Source: Dehalococcoidia bacterium
GTDB taxonomy: Bacteria; Chloroflexota; Dehalococcoidia; Lucifugimonadales; JADFKI01
Reading direction: 5' to 3'
Assembly: GCA_965200085.1 (NCBI GenBank)
Contig: OZ241333.1
Span: forward strand, 43,391 to 107,390
DNA: 64,000 bases
The notes beneath the pieces were generated by a model, which was not told the DNA's origin, made no database searches, and saw nothing but the letters and a program-made list of their open reading frames with translations. Positions 51,017 through 60,815 of the stretch are shown here, piece after piece (position 1 is the stretch's first letter; each line of letters begins with the position of its first letter). The position numbers were made by a program, and so were the translations under genes.

Positions 51017-51055
51017 TATGAGCGCGGAGCGCTTGTTTACGAGCAGCAGTATATG

Positions 51056-51745
51056 TCATATGCGTAAGGCGAAGTCTTGATGCAGCCTGTCGAGCATGGA
51101 TTCAGACCGCCGCAGGTTGAAGCGCTCAACCAGCAAGTAAGCATATAAAACAGTGAAAGTTAGAACGGCGACGAGCAGGGTCGTGTAGATTTTGGTAGAA
51201 CCGATGGCGTCTCGTTCGTTCGCTGCCGGGCCTATATTAAGTTCGGGGTGCGCAGAACTCCACCACACGGTTGCCATGTATATGATGGGCGCGTCAATTG
51301 CGCCGAATAGGGCGATGACGGATGCGAATCGAGCGCCCTGCGATCCCTTAGGTGCGTATGCGCGCACCATCAAATAGCCGACATATATGAACCACAGAAC
51401 GAGTGTGGTCGTGAGCTTTGCGTCCCATGTCCACCACCAGCCGAGGTCGCCTCGCGCCCAGATTACGCCGGTTACCAGAATAAGACTTGCGAAGACAATA
51501 CCTACTTCCGCTGTGGAGTATGCAAGGTCATCCCACCATTGCCTGCCTGTGATGAGGTGGGTGATGCTGGCTATGGCTACGATGATGATGGAGAGCATGC
51601 CGAGCCAGCCGAGCGGAACATGAAAATAGAAGATGCGCTGAGATACGCCGAGATTTAGTTCGGTAGGCACCCAGAGAAAAACCATGTAGAGCGTTACGAG
51701 CAGAAGCGCGGCGCTCGCTACGAGTAATCCGTTGCGGACTAGCAT
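51056..51745 (-). CDS. ccmC: Heme exporter/cytochrome c biogenesis protein CcmC
   Basis: QRIFYFHVP, LVTG.IWA...GWWWTWD.KLT (WWD domain), WW..AHP. Confidence 0.95.
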   Translation of the reverse strand: MLVRNGLLVASAALLLVTLYMVFLWVPTELNLGVSQRIFYFHVPLGWLGMLSIIIVAIASITHLITGRQWWDDLAYSTAEVGIVFASLILVTGVIWARGDLGWWWTWDAKLTTTLVLWFIYVGYLMVRAYAPKGSQGARFASVIALFGAIDAPIIYMATVWWSSAHPELNIGPAANERDAIGSTKIYTTLLVAVLTFTVLYAYLLVERFNLRRSESMLDRLHQDFALRI

Positions 51746-51930
51746 ACTACGAATTCACCAGTGAATTTGATATGTGTAATATATCACAAATGGTGGAAAA
51801 TTGTTCAGATTCCTCGCCTTATAAATCGAAGTTTACTTTGTGAGAGTGCATTTCATACGCTCCAATTTAATTGGTGGGAAAAAGGAATATATGGAATATA
51901 TGCTTGCATAAGGGATTTGCTGATCTCGAA

Positions 51931-51960
51931 TTGACATAGGGATATAGGATTGCATAAGAT
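51931..51960 (+). promoter_or_regulatory. Putative sigma70 promoter for greA
   Basis: TTGACA-N18-TAAGAT, followed by an AAGGAGG SD. Confidence 0.45.
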
Positions 51961-51995
51961 AAACTAATATAAATCATGTGTAAAGGAGGCGACTC

Positions 51996-52835
51996 TTGAC
52001 TTCGGAAGCGGCAGGATCTACGACTATACAAGAAGCCTTGGACATGTATGTGAGAAGCCTCATGACAGGGGGCAAGTCTAGGAGCAAATCCGGCAGCGTA
52101 GAAATTAATGACAAACCTCTTCAACACTTTAAGCGTCATTTTTCTTCGGATACTCCCATTCAGAAGCTGACCCCATCCGACATAGGCGCTTATGCAGACA
52201 GCGTTAACGGTAGAGGCACGACTCCCGGGGCGACCGAGCAGCTCCAAGCAGTGAAGAAGTTCCTTGAATATGCGAAGAAAGACAAGGGGCTTACGAAGGA
52301 GAACCTTGCGCGCTATGTCCGCATACGCAAGGTGCGCAGCAAAGCCGGCGCTGCTGTCGTTTCCGGTGAATCGCAGGTCATCGAGCTGACATCTGAAGGG
52401 CATGCTCAGCTGGTAGCGGAGCGCGAGAGGCTTATATTAGAGAGCGAAGAGCTGGTTCATGAGATACGCCGCGCGCGCGCAGACGGCGATGTTACGGAAA
52501 ACTCACCTCTGGACGCCGTGCGTGAGGAGCAGGGACGGGTTGAGGCTCGTATTCAGGAGATAAAGACGACTTTGGAGAAGTCTGTTATCATCGAAGCGCG
52601 AGACAAGAGAGTCGTGAAGACGGGCTCTCGCGTAGAAGTGAAGGATCTCAGCAACGGCGTATTGCGAATCTACACGCTTGTGAATAAGACGGAAGCTAAT
52701 CCGCTGGAGTATCGAATATCGGACAATTCGCCGATGGGTAGCGCTCTGCTGGGCAAAGTGGTTGGAGAGAAAGTGGTAGTAGCGACGCCTCGACCGAATA
52801 AGTCGAAGAATTACGAGGTCGTTAGCATCGCATAG
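51996..52835 (+). CDS. greA: GreA/GreB family elongation factor with an about 120-aa N-terminal extra domain
   Basis: LT.EG..QL..E, ARADGDVTENS, V..GS.V.V, Y.LV...EANP...IS.NSP.G.ALLGK.VGE.V.V.TP. Confidence 0.88.
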   Translation: MTSEAAGSTTIQEALDMYVRSLMTGGKSRSKSGSVEINDKPLQHFKRHFSSDTPIQKLTPSDIGAYADSVNGRGTTPGATEQLQAVKKFLEYAKKDKGLTKENLARYVRIRKVRSKAGAAVVSGESQVIELTSEGHAQLVAERERLILESEELVHEIRRARADGDVTENSPLDAVREEQGRVEARIQEIKTTLEKSVIIEARDKRVVKTGSRVEVKDLSNGVLRIYTLVNKTEANPLEYRISDNSPMGSALLGKVVGEKVVVATPRPNKSKNYEVVSIA

Positions 52836-52961
52836 CAAATCCCCCTGTTTGTCTAATTAAGCGCGGGCATCGTTCGCATGTATTCTCTTCTTGCTATCTC
52901 TTCCATAATTCGGCTGAGCACATTTGCGCCTTCGTAATTCCAAATATCGCATAGCATTGGT

Positions 52962-54290
52962 TTGCCTTCTGCGCCCTGTGAATTGGAGAGCTCCCCTTTG
53001 AATTCGAACGGATCTAACGGCAAACTTTGGTTTTCGGTAGTATTACTTGTAGGTGTAGGCGTTCCGGGGGTGGTGGTCAGATTTGCGGGCATTCATATTG
53101 ATCCTGCGCTTGAGGCGCTGATATTCGGCATAGGGATAGTCGGCGGCGCATTTTTGCTTTCTTGGGCTGCGGAAGTGGCGCAGTTGGACGTGTCCGCGTC
53201 CTTTGCCATTGCGGTGCTGGCGCTGATTGCTGTGATGCCGGAATACATGGTGGAGGCGGTGCTGGCATGGGATGCAGGGGAGTCGTACAGGCAGGTGATG
53301 CCCACTGAGGATGTTACTAAGGAGATGTCGCTTGCGGCGGCAAATGTTACGGGGTCGAACCGTCTGCTGATAGGCATCGGCTGGGCGGCGGTGATTATTA
53401 TATTCTGGCTAAAGCGGCGAACCTCATTCGATATGCGCGGGCTGCTGACGCTGGAACTGCCGATGCTGGTGATCGCGACGCTGCTGACTATAATTGTTGC
53501 CTTTACCAAGATGATTCCGGTGTGGCTTGCGGTGGTGTTCATAGGCGCGTATATCTTTTATTTATGGCGGAGTTCGACGCAGGAAGCGGAAGAGCCCGAC
53601 TTGCTGGGCGCAGCAGCGATGATAGCCAGTTTTCGGCCGCTGTATAGACGGTTGTGGGTGCTGACGCTGTTCATATACAGCGCCGCCATCATACTGATAG
53701 CGGCAGAGCCATTTGTGCATGGGCTGAGAGGGACGGGCCAAGCGCTGGGTATCAGCGAATTTCTGCTGATACAATGGCTCGCGCCACTGGCGTCTGAATC
53801 GCCGGAGATAATCGTGGCGGTGCTGTTCAGTCTGCGCGGCGCCGCGAGTGATGGCTTGACTGCGCTCATATCGTCGCAGGTGAACCAGCTTACGCTGCTG
53901 GTGGGAAGCATTGTGTTGGTGTTCAGTATCTCCGCCGGGCAGGTGCTGAGCTTCCCGCTTGACAACATTGTACCCAGCGAATTGGGATCTAGGGTGTTCG
54001 GCAGTTTCGGTCTTCAGGCGAGCGAATTCCTTCTGACGGCTGCCGTGTCCACATTGGGAATAGTTCTAATCTCAACGCGTGTTATCAAGCTGTGGCATGG
54101 GCTTGCTTTGTTTGGGGTGTTCGCGGGGTATATGATTACGCTCCTGCTCTTCTTCAGCGGCGACGAAGAAAATGTGCAGCTGCGTATGTATTCATCATAC
54201 ATAATCTTCGGACTCTCTGCACTGCTAGTCGCGCTGGACTGGCGTCGAGTGGTATATGTCTTTAAGGGCGTGCCGGCTGACGAGAATTAG
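52962..54290 (+). CDS. CaCA-family (sodium:calcium/proton) antiporter
   Basis: Two alpha repeats AV.PEY...ANVTGSNR and LASESPE...LISS.VNQ; many TM helices. Confidence 0.85.
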   Translation: MPSAPCELESSPLNSNGSNGKLWFSVVLLVGVGVPGVVVRFAGIHIDPALEALIFGIGIVGGAFLLSWAAEVAQLDVSASFAIAVLALIAVMPEYMVEAVLAWDAGESYRQVMPTEDVTKEMSLAAANVTGSNRLLIGIGWAAVIIIFWLKRRTSFDMRGLLTLELPMLVIATLLTIIVAFTKMIPVWLAVVFIGAYIFYLWRSSTQEAEEPDLLGAAAMIASFRPLYRRLWVLTLFIYSAAIILIAAEPFVHGLRGTGQALGISEFLLIQWLAPLASESPEIIVAVLFSLRGAASDGLTALISSQVNQLTLLVGSIVLVFSISAGQVLSFPLDNIVPSELGSRVFGSFGLQASEFLLTAAVSTLGIVLISTRVIKLWHGLALFGVFAGYMITLLLFFSGDEENVQLRMYSSYIIFGLSALLVALDWRRVVYVFKGVPADEN

Positions 54291-54447
54291 AATCAGATGG
54301 GATTCTCCGGTATTCGGTTCGTCTTTTAATCTAATCGGCGCGCTTAATAATTATTATGGATGAATATGCGCTGCAATTATATGTGCCTGACCAATGGCGC
54401 ACATAGCATATAATTAACAGACCTGATTACCGAATAGGGGTGGAATT

Positions 54448-55323
54448 ATGACTGATAAGCCAACGAAGATTCATATTCTTGGCGCAGGCACGCCAACACC
54501 AACGCCGACGCGCTTCGGTTCGGCGTTCGCGCTGGAAATCGGCGATGAGCAAATCATGGTTGACTGCGGACCTGCAGCCACGCACAAGCTAGTCAAAGCC
54601 GGACTCTGGCCCACAAACATCGACTACTTGTTTTTCACGCACCACCACTTTGACCATGACATAGATTACCCGTGCTTCCTTCTTTGCCGCTGGGACCAGA
54701 GCACGGGAGCAGAGAACACCCTGCAAGTATTTGGGCCCACGCTGACTGAGCGCATCACGCGCGGCATACTGGATGAGAATGAAGGTGTGTTCGCACATGA
54801 CTGGAAGGCGCGCGTGGGGCATCCCCTAAGCCAGCGCATACACCAAAACCGCGGCGGGTCGTTGCCGCGCAAACCGCCGCATGTGATCGCAACCGATGTG
54901 GGACCGGGCTCTGTTTTTTCCGGCAGCGATTGGGAAGTTACCGCTGCGCCGGCTGAACATGTGCAGCCCTTTTTGGATTCACTAGCATATCGCTTTGATA
55001 CGCCTGCCGGAAGCGTGGTGTTCACCGGAGACACCCAACCCTGCGACTCCGTAACCGAGCTTGCAAAGGGGGCTGATCTGATGCTGTGCATGTGCTGGGA
55101 CGACCAAGAGATAATGGATGCGGACGGGGAGGCTCCGGGGCAGTGCGGCACGCTGGGAGCGGCGCGCATGGCGCAGGCGGCAGGTGTGAAGCGTCTTGCT
55201 CTTGTGCATATAGGTCCCCACCTGTCGCAGCATGGCGCGATGGAAAAAGGCATCGGCGATGTGCGCCAAATCTACGACGGCGGGATTTTGTTCACCGATG
55301 AGCTTCAGTCCATCGACCTGTAA
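54448..55323 (+). CDS. MBL-fold metallohydrolase (RNase Z-like)
   Basis: LGAGTP.P, VDCG, THHHFDH, AEH, FTGDT, LVH. Confidence 0.9.
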   Translation: MTDKPTKIHILGAGTPTPTPTRFGSAFALEIGDEQIMVDCGPAATHKLVKAGLWPTNIDYLFFTHHHFDHDIDYPCFLLCRWDQSTGAENTLQVFGPTLTERITRGILDENEGVFAHDWKARVGHPLSQRIHQNRGGSLPRKPPHVIATDVGPGSVFSGSDWEVTAAPAEHVQPFLDSLAYRFDTPAGSVVFTGDTQPCDSVTELAKGADLMLCMCWDDQEIMDADGEAPGQCGTLGAARMAQAAGVKRLALVHIGPHLSQHGAMEKGIGDVRQIYDGGILFTDELQSIDL

Positions 55324-55707
55324 CCGCAAACTCCCAATCAAACCTTCTAATCCAGAAAGTAAATGAAAGTCCGAGGCAGGATTAATATCACTGCCTCGGA
55401 CTTTTCTATTTCGACCTGTGTAAAGTTGCATCTAATGCTTGGGGTTGAAGTGTCGATTTTTCGGCAGATGTATTCTTCAGGGTCGGCATCATTCTCGGCT
55501 GGTCTGATATTGCGCTTTGGCGGAGATTTCGGCTGCGAAGTTAAAACACCAATGCCGCACATTTCTCCCAAAAATATACTGATATATTGCCAAAATTGCC
55601 CTGTGCAGCGTTCTATACTTTTGCTAAAATTTTATTCACCTGATTGATATAGCGTCAGGCTCAAGCAGTAGCTGAACACTTAGATGGGAGGTGTCAAGTA
55701 AACACAA

Positions 55708-57285
55708 GTGAATAATAACGGGTCTGGCGCGTTTCGCAAACCTGAAAGCTACTCTATTTCCACAGACCTTGACTCTAACCGGCAGACGGATAACCCTAAT
55801 CCTGAACAGCCGGTGAAGAGCCTTTTGTCTATTCATACGGCTGAACCGGATGTGAGTCTCGAGACAAGTTCGGATCAGCAGAATGTCGCGACTGCACATC
55901 CGGTAGGCGATATTGTTGTCGCACCGGCGGATGCCGACGGGTTGCCAACTGCGCCGCGTCGGCGTTTACGGCGGCCGCATATCCACAAGCCGCACATACC
56001 GAGAATGGGTGCCAAACGGCTGCATCCACGCGTGCCGGCTATCCGTTCACTTCGCCCTTCCCGCCCGCTTCGGGTGCACACCTTCGATTCCTTCACGCAC
56101 CGAAACTACCGCTTCCTCTGGGCTTCGACACTCTTTTTCAGTGGGGCATTCTGGCTGCAGCAGGTCATTATAGGGTGGCTGACTTATGAACTGACGCAGT
56201 CCGCACTGTTGACCAGCCTCGCTATGGGGTTGGATGCCCTGCCGATTCTCATAGCCGGACCACTCGGCGGCTTGCTTGTGGACAGATGGGACAAACGAAA
56301 GCTGCTCGCAGGCGTATTTCTGTATCAAGCGATGCTTTCGCTCGGATTTGGTGCGGTGGTTATCTCCGGCGCTCTGGAAACTTGGCACGTGTTCGCGTTC
56401 ATATTCCTTATGGGCGTTGCCTGGGTTATTGCGGATCCCGCGCGCATGGCGCTGATACCTTCGATAGTACCGCGCCACAGCCTAGTGAACGCGTTCGCCC
56501 TGAACTCTCTAGCGTTCAGCATAACGCGCCTCATCATTCCTGCCATTGGCGGCGCTTTGCTTGCGTTTGCGGGCGCCGGCGTGTCTCTGCTGCTGGAAGG
56601 CGCACTCGTTGCCTGCGCCGGAGCGCTTGCATTTGGACTGACCCCCCCTGCTTCCTCTGCGATACAGTCCAAACTGAATCCTAAAGTTGCTCTATCAGAG
56701 ATACTGGAAGGCGCACGCTACATCCGCGAGCGCTCGCTCGTGATGGGGCTTCTGCTGCTTGGATTCCTGCCAGCGGTTCTTGTCTCGCCGTTCCTGCACG
56801 GCTTGATTCCAGTGTACGCCGCAGAAGTGTACGAAGTGGGACCCGCAACACTAGGCTTGCTGATGTCATCTGTCGGCGCGGGCTTCCTCGCGGGTACGCT
56901 GATAATAGCATCTATGGGGGATATGCAGCGCAAAGGTTTGATGATTATCGCCTGTATCGCGATAATCTGTGTATCTATGCTTGCCCTAGCCCTAAATCCG
57001 ACCATCACCCTGGCATATCCGCTAGTTGCGCTCGGAAGCATGGGCACAATGGGCTTTTTCTCCATTACGAGCGCAACAATGCAGAGCATACTGCCGGACG
57101 GAATTCGTGGCAGAGTATCAGGCATATACATAATGACATTCGGAGCAATGCCGGCAGGCAACCTTGCCGCAGGCATCATCTCTGAGAACATCAGCGCACC
57201 TGCCGCAACCATGAGCGCATGTGCCGTCGTCATCATCGCCGCTGCCCTGCTGATGCTTAAGTTCCCCGCAATCCGCAAGCTATAA
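55708..57285 (+). CDS. MFS transporter with a long N-terminal extension (start uncertain)
   Basis: HRNYRFLW, GGLLVDRWDKRK motif A, RGRVSG; about 12 TM helices. Confidence 0.9.
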   Translation: MNNNGSGAFRKPESYSISTDLDSNRQTDNPNPEQPVKSLLSIHTAEPDVSLETSSDQQNVATAHPVGDIVVAPADADGLPTAPRRRLRRPHIHKPHIPRMGAKRLHPRVPAIRSLRPSRPLRVHTFDSFTHRNYRFLWASTLFFSGAFWLQQVIIGWLTYELTQSALLTSLAMGLDALPILIAGPLGGLLVDRWDKRKLLAGVFLYQAMLSLGFGAVVISGALETWHVFAFIFLMGVAWVIADPARMALIPSIVPRHSLVNAFALNSLAFSITRLIIPAIGGALLAFAGAGVSLLLEGALVACAGALAFGLTPPASSAIQSKLNPKVALSEILEGARYIRERSLVMGLLLLGFLPAVLVSPFLHGLIPVYAAEVYEVGPATLGLLMSSVGAGFLAGTLIIASMGDMQRKGLMIIACIAIICVSMLALALNPTITLAYPLVALGSMGTMGFFSITSATMQSILPDGIRGRVSGIYIMTFGAMPAGNLAAGIISENISAPAATMSACAVVIIAAALLMLKFPAIRKL

Positions 57286-57289
57286 CTTC

Positions 57290-57353
57290 CCGATGTATCG
57301 GGGTTCGGAACGGCCGCAACCGCACGCGGCGCTGACCGGACCCGATACATCGG
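57290..57353. terminator. Long hairpin between convergent MFS and mazG genes
   Basis: CCGATGTATCGGG ... CCCGATACATCGG perfect 13-bp inverted repeat with further inner pairing. Confidence 0.65.
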
Positions 57354-59021
57354 CTAATAGGCAGCCTTCACCTGCTGCCACAGCTCCTCCTTCTCGTCCA
57401 TAGTCAGCGCCTTAAAATCCTGACGCTCCTGACGGCACACCTGCTCCATCGCCCTAAACCTCGTATAAAAACGCGCGCTGGCGTCATGAAGAGCCGTCTC
57501 CGCATCCACGCCTAATCTGCATCCTACCTGCACCACAACATACAGCAAACAACTCAACTCAAATTGGATAACTTCGCGCGGAATGCTATCCGGCTTTTCA
57601 TGCGTCTGCATCCACGCCTCCAGCCTTCCCGGCTGCACCCGGTGCCCAACCGCCTTCCCTAGTGTACGCAGCCATACCATCAGATCCATCGTCTCGTTTT
57701 CGTCATTGCGATCCATACCACGCATATATTCCGAATAACACTTTCCGGGCGCGGGATAATCGTCGGACTTCCTAAAGTGTGTTCCCTCATACATATAATA
57801 GCGAACCCTGCCAAGACCGCCCCATATTCCTTGCGACGAGCCGTCATCATTAGAATGGATCTCCTCTTGGAACGCCTGCGAAAGCTTTAGGGCGCTCAAA
57901 GTTTCCATTCCGCTATGTGCGTCTGCATATTCACAATTGTCTTTATGATAAAAAGCGTTCACAAAAGACGATTTGTATTCGGGTATATAATCAGAGCGTC
58001 TATCCGCGCGCATAGATCCCGAGATGCGCTGCCGTTGCCATTTGTCCAAAGCGGACTCGGCGTCCACATCCAGCCAGCGCGCAGCGTTCACAATGGAAAA
58101 CAGCAGATCACCGTACTCCGCCGCGCGCTCGCCGTCCGATCTCGCCTCCGCAAGCTCATCAATTTCTTCTGCGACCTTCTTCACTACCCCGTCGTAATCG
58201 TCCCAATCGAACCCAAGACGCGCCGCGCGTGTCTGTATCGCCTGAGCGTAAGCCAGTGCAGGCAGGCTCTTAGGCACGCCGTCCAGTATAGATACACGCT
58301 CAGGCTTCTCAGCACGCTTAATCTCCGTCCAGTTGGACACAACTTCTCCCACGCTCTCTGCCTGCGTATCACCGAACACATGAGGATGTCGGCGCACTAA
58401 TTTGGAGATTAGAGTGCCGAACACACTCTCCGCAGGGTATGTGTATTTCTTACTATCATCCAAACCCTGCATAACGCATATCGCCGCTAAAAACGCTTTG
58501 CCTATCGCATCGTGAAGCCTGGGATCGCTCGTATGCTCAGGCTCATGCACTGGGTCTATACAGCGTATCAGCCGGTAGAGCCTGCGCCGTATCATCTTCG
58601 AATAAGGCTGCTCTCCAAAGGATGAATCTGCCCTGCGCAATATCGTCTCGCCACGATGTCCGAACAGCTTACTGATGGTTTCTTCGCGTTCCCAATCTAC
58701 CGCGTAAAAAGCTTTGGCGTCCCTCGGCTTAGAATTCGCGACAATTACACGGAACACATGCGCTTCGCTGAACTGCCCGGCAGCCACACCAAGCCGTAAC
58801 TGAAAGAGCAGATGCAGCAGCACATCCCCAAGTTCCTCTACGATTTGATCTTCGTCGCCATCCTCAATCGCTTCCATAAGCTCATGGCACTCTTCGCGCA
58901 GCATGCCCTGGAGCGACAGCTGCGTCTGTTCTCTGTCCCAAGGGCATCCATCCGGACCGAGCAGCCTATCCAAAACCTGTTCAACGCCTCTGTATGTGGC
59001 GGGGTATTGTGCATCCGTCAT
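57354..59021 (-). CDS. mazG: MazG nucleoside triphosphate pyrophosphohydrolase, unusually long (555 aa)
   Basis: GCPWDREQT, EE..E..EAI, EELGD, KLVRRHPHVFG, LGFDW, EEIDE...EYGDLLF, F..RF..ME. Confidence 0.9.
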   Translation of the reverse strand: MTDAQYPATYRGVEQVLDRLLGPDGCPWDREQTQLSLQGMLREECHELMEAIEDGDEDQIVEELGDVLLHLLFQLRLGVAAGQFSEAHVFRVIVANSKPRDAKAFYAVDWEREETISKLFGHRGETILRRADSSFGEQPYSKMIRRRLYRLIRCIDPVHEPEHTSDPRLHDAIGKAFLAAICVMQGLDDSKKYTYPAESVFGTLISKLVRRHPHVFGDTQAESVGEVVSNWTEIKRAEKPERVSILDGVPKSLPALAYAQAIQTRAARLGFDWDDYDGVVKKVAEEIDELAEARSDGERAAEYGDLLFSIVNAARWLDVDAESALDKWQRQRISGSMRADRRSDYIPEYKSSFVNAFYHKDNCEYADAHSGMETLSALKLSQAFQEEIHSNDDGSSQGIWGGLGRVRYYMYEGTHFRKSDDYPAPGKCYSEYMRGMDRNDENETMDLMVWLRTLGKAVGHRVQPGRLEAWMQTHEKPDSIPREVIQFELSCLLYVVVQVGCRLGVDAETALHDASARFYTRFRAMEQVCRQERQDFKALTMDEKEELWQQVKAAY

Positions 59022-59116
59022 TTCGTACCTATCCTATATATCCGAAATCATCATCCTTACTCACCCCTATGGAAACGCTATCAGATTAGCCCGCCAGATG
59101 ATAGCATTGAAGTAGT

Positions 59117-59827
59117 ATGATACGCATCGCAAGGATAATCGCAGCAGCGCTGTTCGTCGCGCTGATACCGTTGCTGTTAATCACTAGCAGCGTCAGGTTC
59201 GTCATCAACCTGCCCGCGTTATACAGCTACGGCTTCGACAAGTACGGCATAGCCGAGTACACTCGTATTGAGCGCGATGACCTGATTTCGGCAGGCGCGC
59301 AGATACGAGACTACTTCAACAACGACGAAGAAAACCTTATCATCCGCACTTTTGTGGGTGGCGTTTTGGTGGAATCGCTATATAACGAGCGCGAGATACA
59401 CCACATGCGCGATGTGAAGGTGCTAGTTCGAGGTGTGTATCTGGTGCAAATGCTCGTCGGACTGTACATCGCGGGCTACATCGCGGTGGGCTTTGGGCTG
59501 CGGCGAAGCAGCTTCTGGCAAACGCTTGGGCGCAACGCAAGCCTGGGCGGCAAACTAACCTTGGCGCTGGTTGTCATCGTTGCTCTGCTGGCGCTGATCG
59601 GCTTCGACCGACTCTTCCTGCTATTCCATCTAATCAGCTTCAGCAACGACTTCTGGATTCTCGACCCGCGCCGCGACTACCTAATAGCCATGTTCCCACA
59701 AGGCTTCTTCTTCGACGCCACAATGCTAATAGCATCCTGCACCATTGCGTCTGCCGCCGTGCTCGCAGCTGCCCCACGCATTGCGCGCATATCCGCCCGT
59801 ATGTTTCAGAACGACGTAGGAGTTTGA
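59117..59827 (+). CDS. TIGR01906/DUF1461 family membrane protein
   Basis: N.REI.HM.DVK.L, GFD.LF..FH.I.F.ND.W.LDP..D.LI..FP..FF. Confidence 0.85.
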   Translation: MIRIARIIAAALFVALIPLLLITSSVRFVINLPALYSYGFDKYGIAEYTRIERDDLISAGAQIRDYFNNDEENLIIRTFVGGVLVESLYNEREIHHMRDVKVLVRGVYLVQMLVGLYIAGYIAVGFGLRRSSFWQTLGRNASLGGKLTLALVVIVALLALIGFDRLFLLFHLISFSNDFWILDPRRDYLIAMFPQGFFFDATMLIASCTIASAAVLAAAPRIARISARMFQNDVGV

Positions 59828-59877
59828 TGGAATTTGATATTTAATCCAACACAAGTGTGCAGACCGATAGCCCGCGC

Positions 59878-60201
59878 CTACACATTAAACCCGTAGTCGC
59901 GTTCGACTCGTGCCACTCGCACTTTGTAGCTCTTGTAGTAGGTTTGCCTGCCGCGCTCCTGTATAACCAGATGTTCAGCGAGTTCCTTAAATGCTCGAAT
60001 GGATTCGTCGCTGTCCCAGTATGAGACGGCAATGCTCAGGTCGTCATCGCCGGCAGCTTCGATGCCCAGGAAGCCTGGATGCTGCTTCGCCAGATCCAAG
60101 ATGGTCTGTGTATCATCAGCATAGCCTTCGTGGTTGCCGGTATGCGTAGAGGAAAATATGGCGACATAGTACGGTGGAGAAGGGGTATTTGCTTGCGTCA
60201 T
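59878..60201 (-). CDS. Antibiotic biosynthesis monooxygenase (ABM) family protein
   Basis: PPYY.AIFSS, A...PGFLG.E, VSYW.S..SI, H...Q..GR...Y..Y.VRVA.VER.Y. Confidence 0.88.
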   Translation of the reverse strand: MTQANTPSPPYYVAIFSSTHTGNHEGYADDTQTILDLAKQHPGFLGIEAAGDDDLSIAVSYWDSDESIRAFKELAEHLVIQERGRQTYYKSYKVRVARVERDYGFNV

Positions 60202-60209
60202 ATCTGCTC

Positions 60210-60755
60210 CTATCTGCCAGTTAAGATAGTAACTACAGTATCGAAAATTTCATCCGCATGCGCCCTGAGCTGCTCCTCGCTCAGCCCCGCAATCGGATGT
60301 GGCGTAAATATAACGGGATAACCCGACGCTCCCCACATAGCCGCCATCGAGTTCGATGTTTCGATGAAGCGGTCTGTGCAAATTGTAACCGAAGGGATGC
60401 CGGCTTTCTCCACATGTACTCCGTCGTGCACACTGCACGCGCTGCATGACCCTCAATCCCCAACGCCAACAATCACATAATCACACTCATCCACCATCTC
60501 GGCGACCACATCAGGGTCGGCAGGTTTGGATGCCGAAGGTTTGGCATGATATTTGATGCTGGCAACCCCAAACCGCTCATCAAGCAGATCGGTCAGCTGT
60601 TCAAGGTACTCTTTGGCGTTCACCTTGCTGTCATCAATGACCCCTACTCGCTTGTTGTTCAGGTCCGACAAACGCGGCGCACCGTTGAACTCAGGCACGA
60701 CCGGCAGAGTAGTAGGATCAATAAGCACATAACTCTGCTTCGTTTCTACAACCAT
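60210..60755 (-). CDS. UGSC-family selenoprotein (UGA at 60455-60453 read as Sec)
   Basis: ORFs 60453..60776 and 60210..60431 are in frame and join as VIVGVGD-U-GSCSACSVHDGVHVEKAGIP; GGAGG SD before 60755; hairpin CGTGCA-GTG-TGCACG after a 13-nt spacer. Confidence 0.88.
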
Positions 60756-60815
60756 GACTCCCTCCTGCAAAACCATTTATAAGGCTAGCCCTGTAAAACC
60801 CGTTATCTTCATAAA

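Noticed and set aside
51867-52403. 178-aa minus-strand ORF and similar long antisense ORFs over carB, S9 peptidase, ileS and the helicase
   Set aside because: Shadow ORFs opposite well-supported genes in GC-rich DNA
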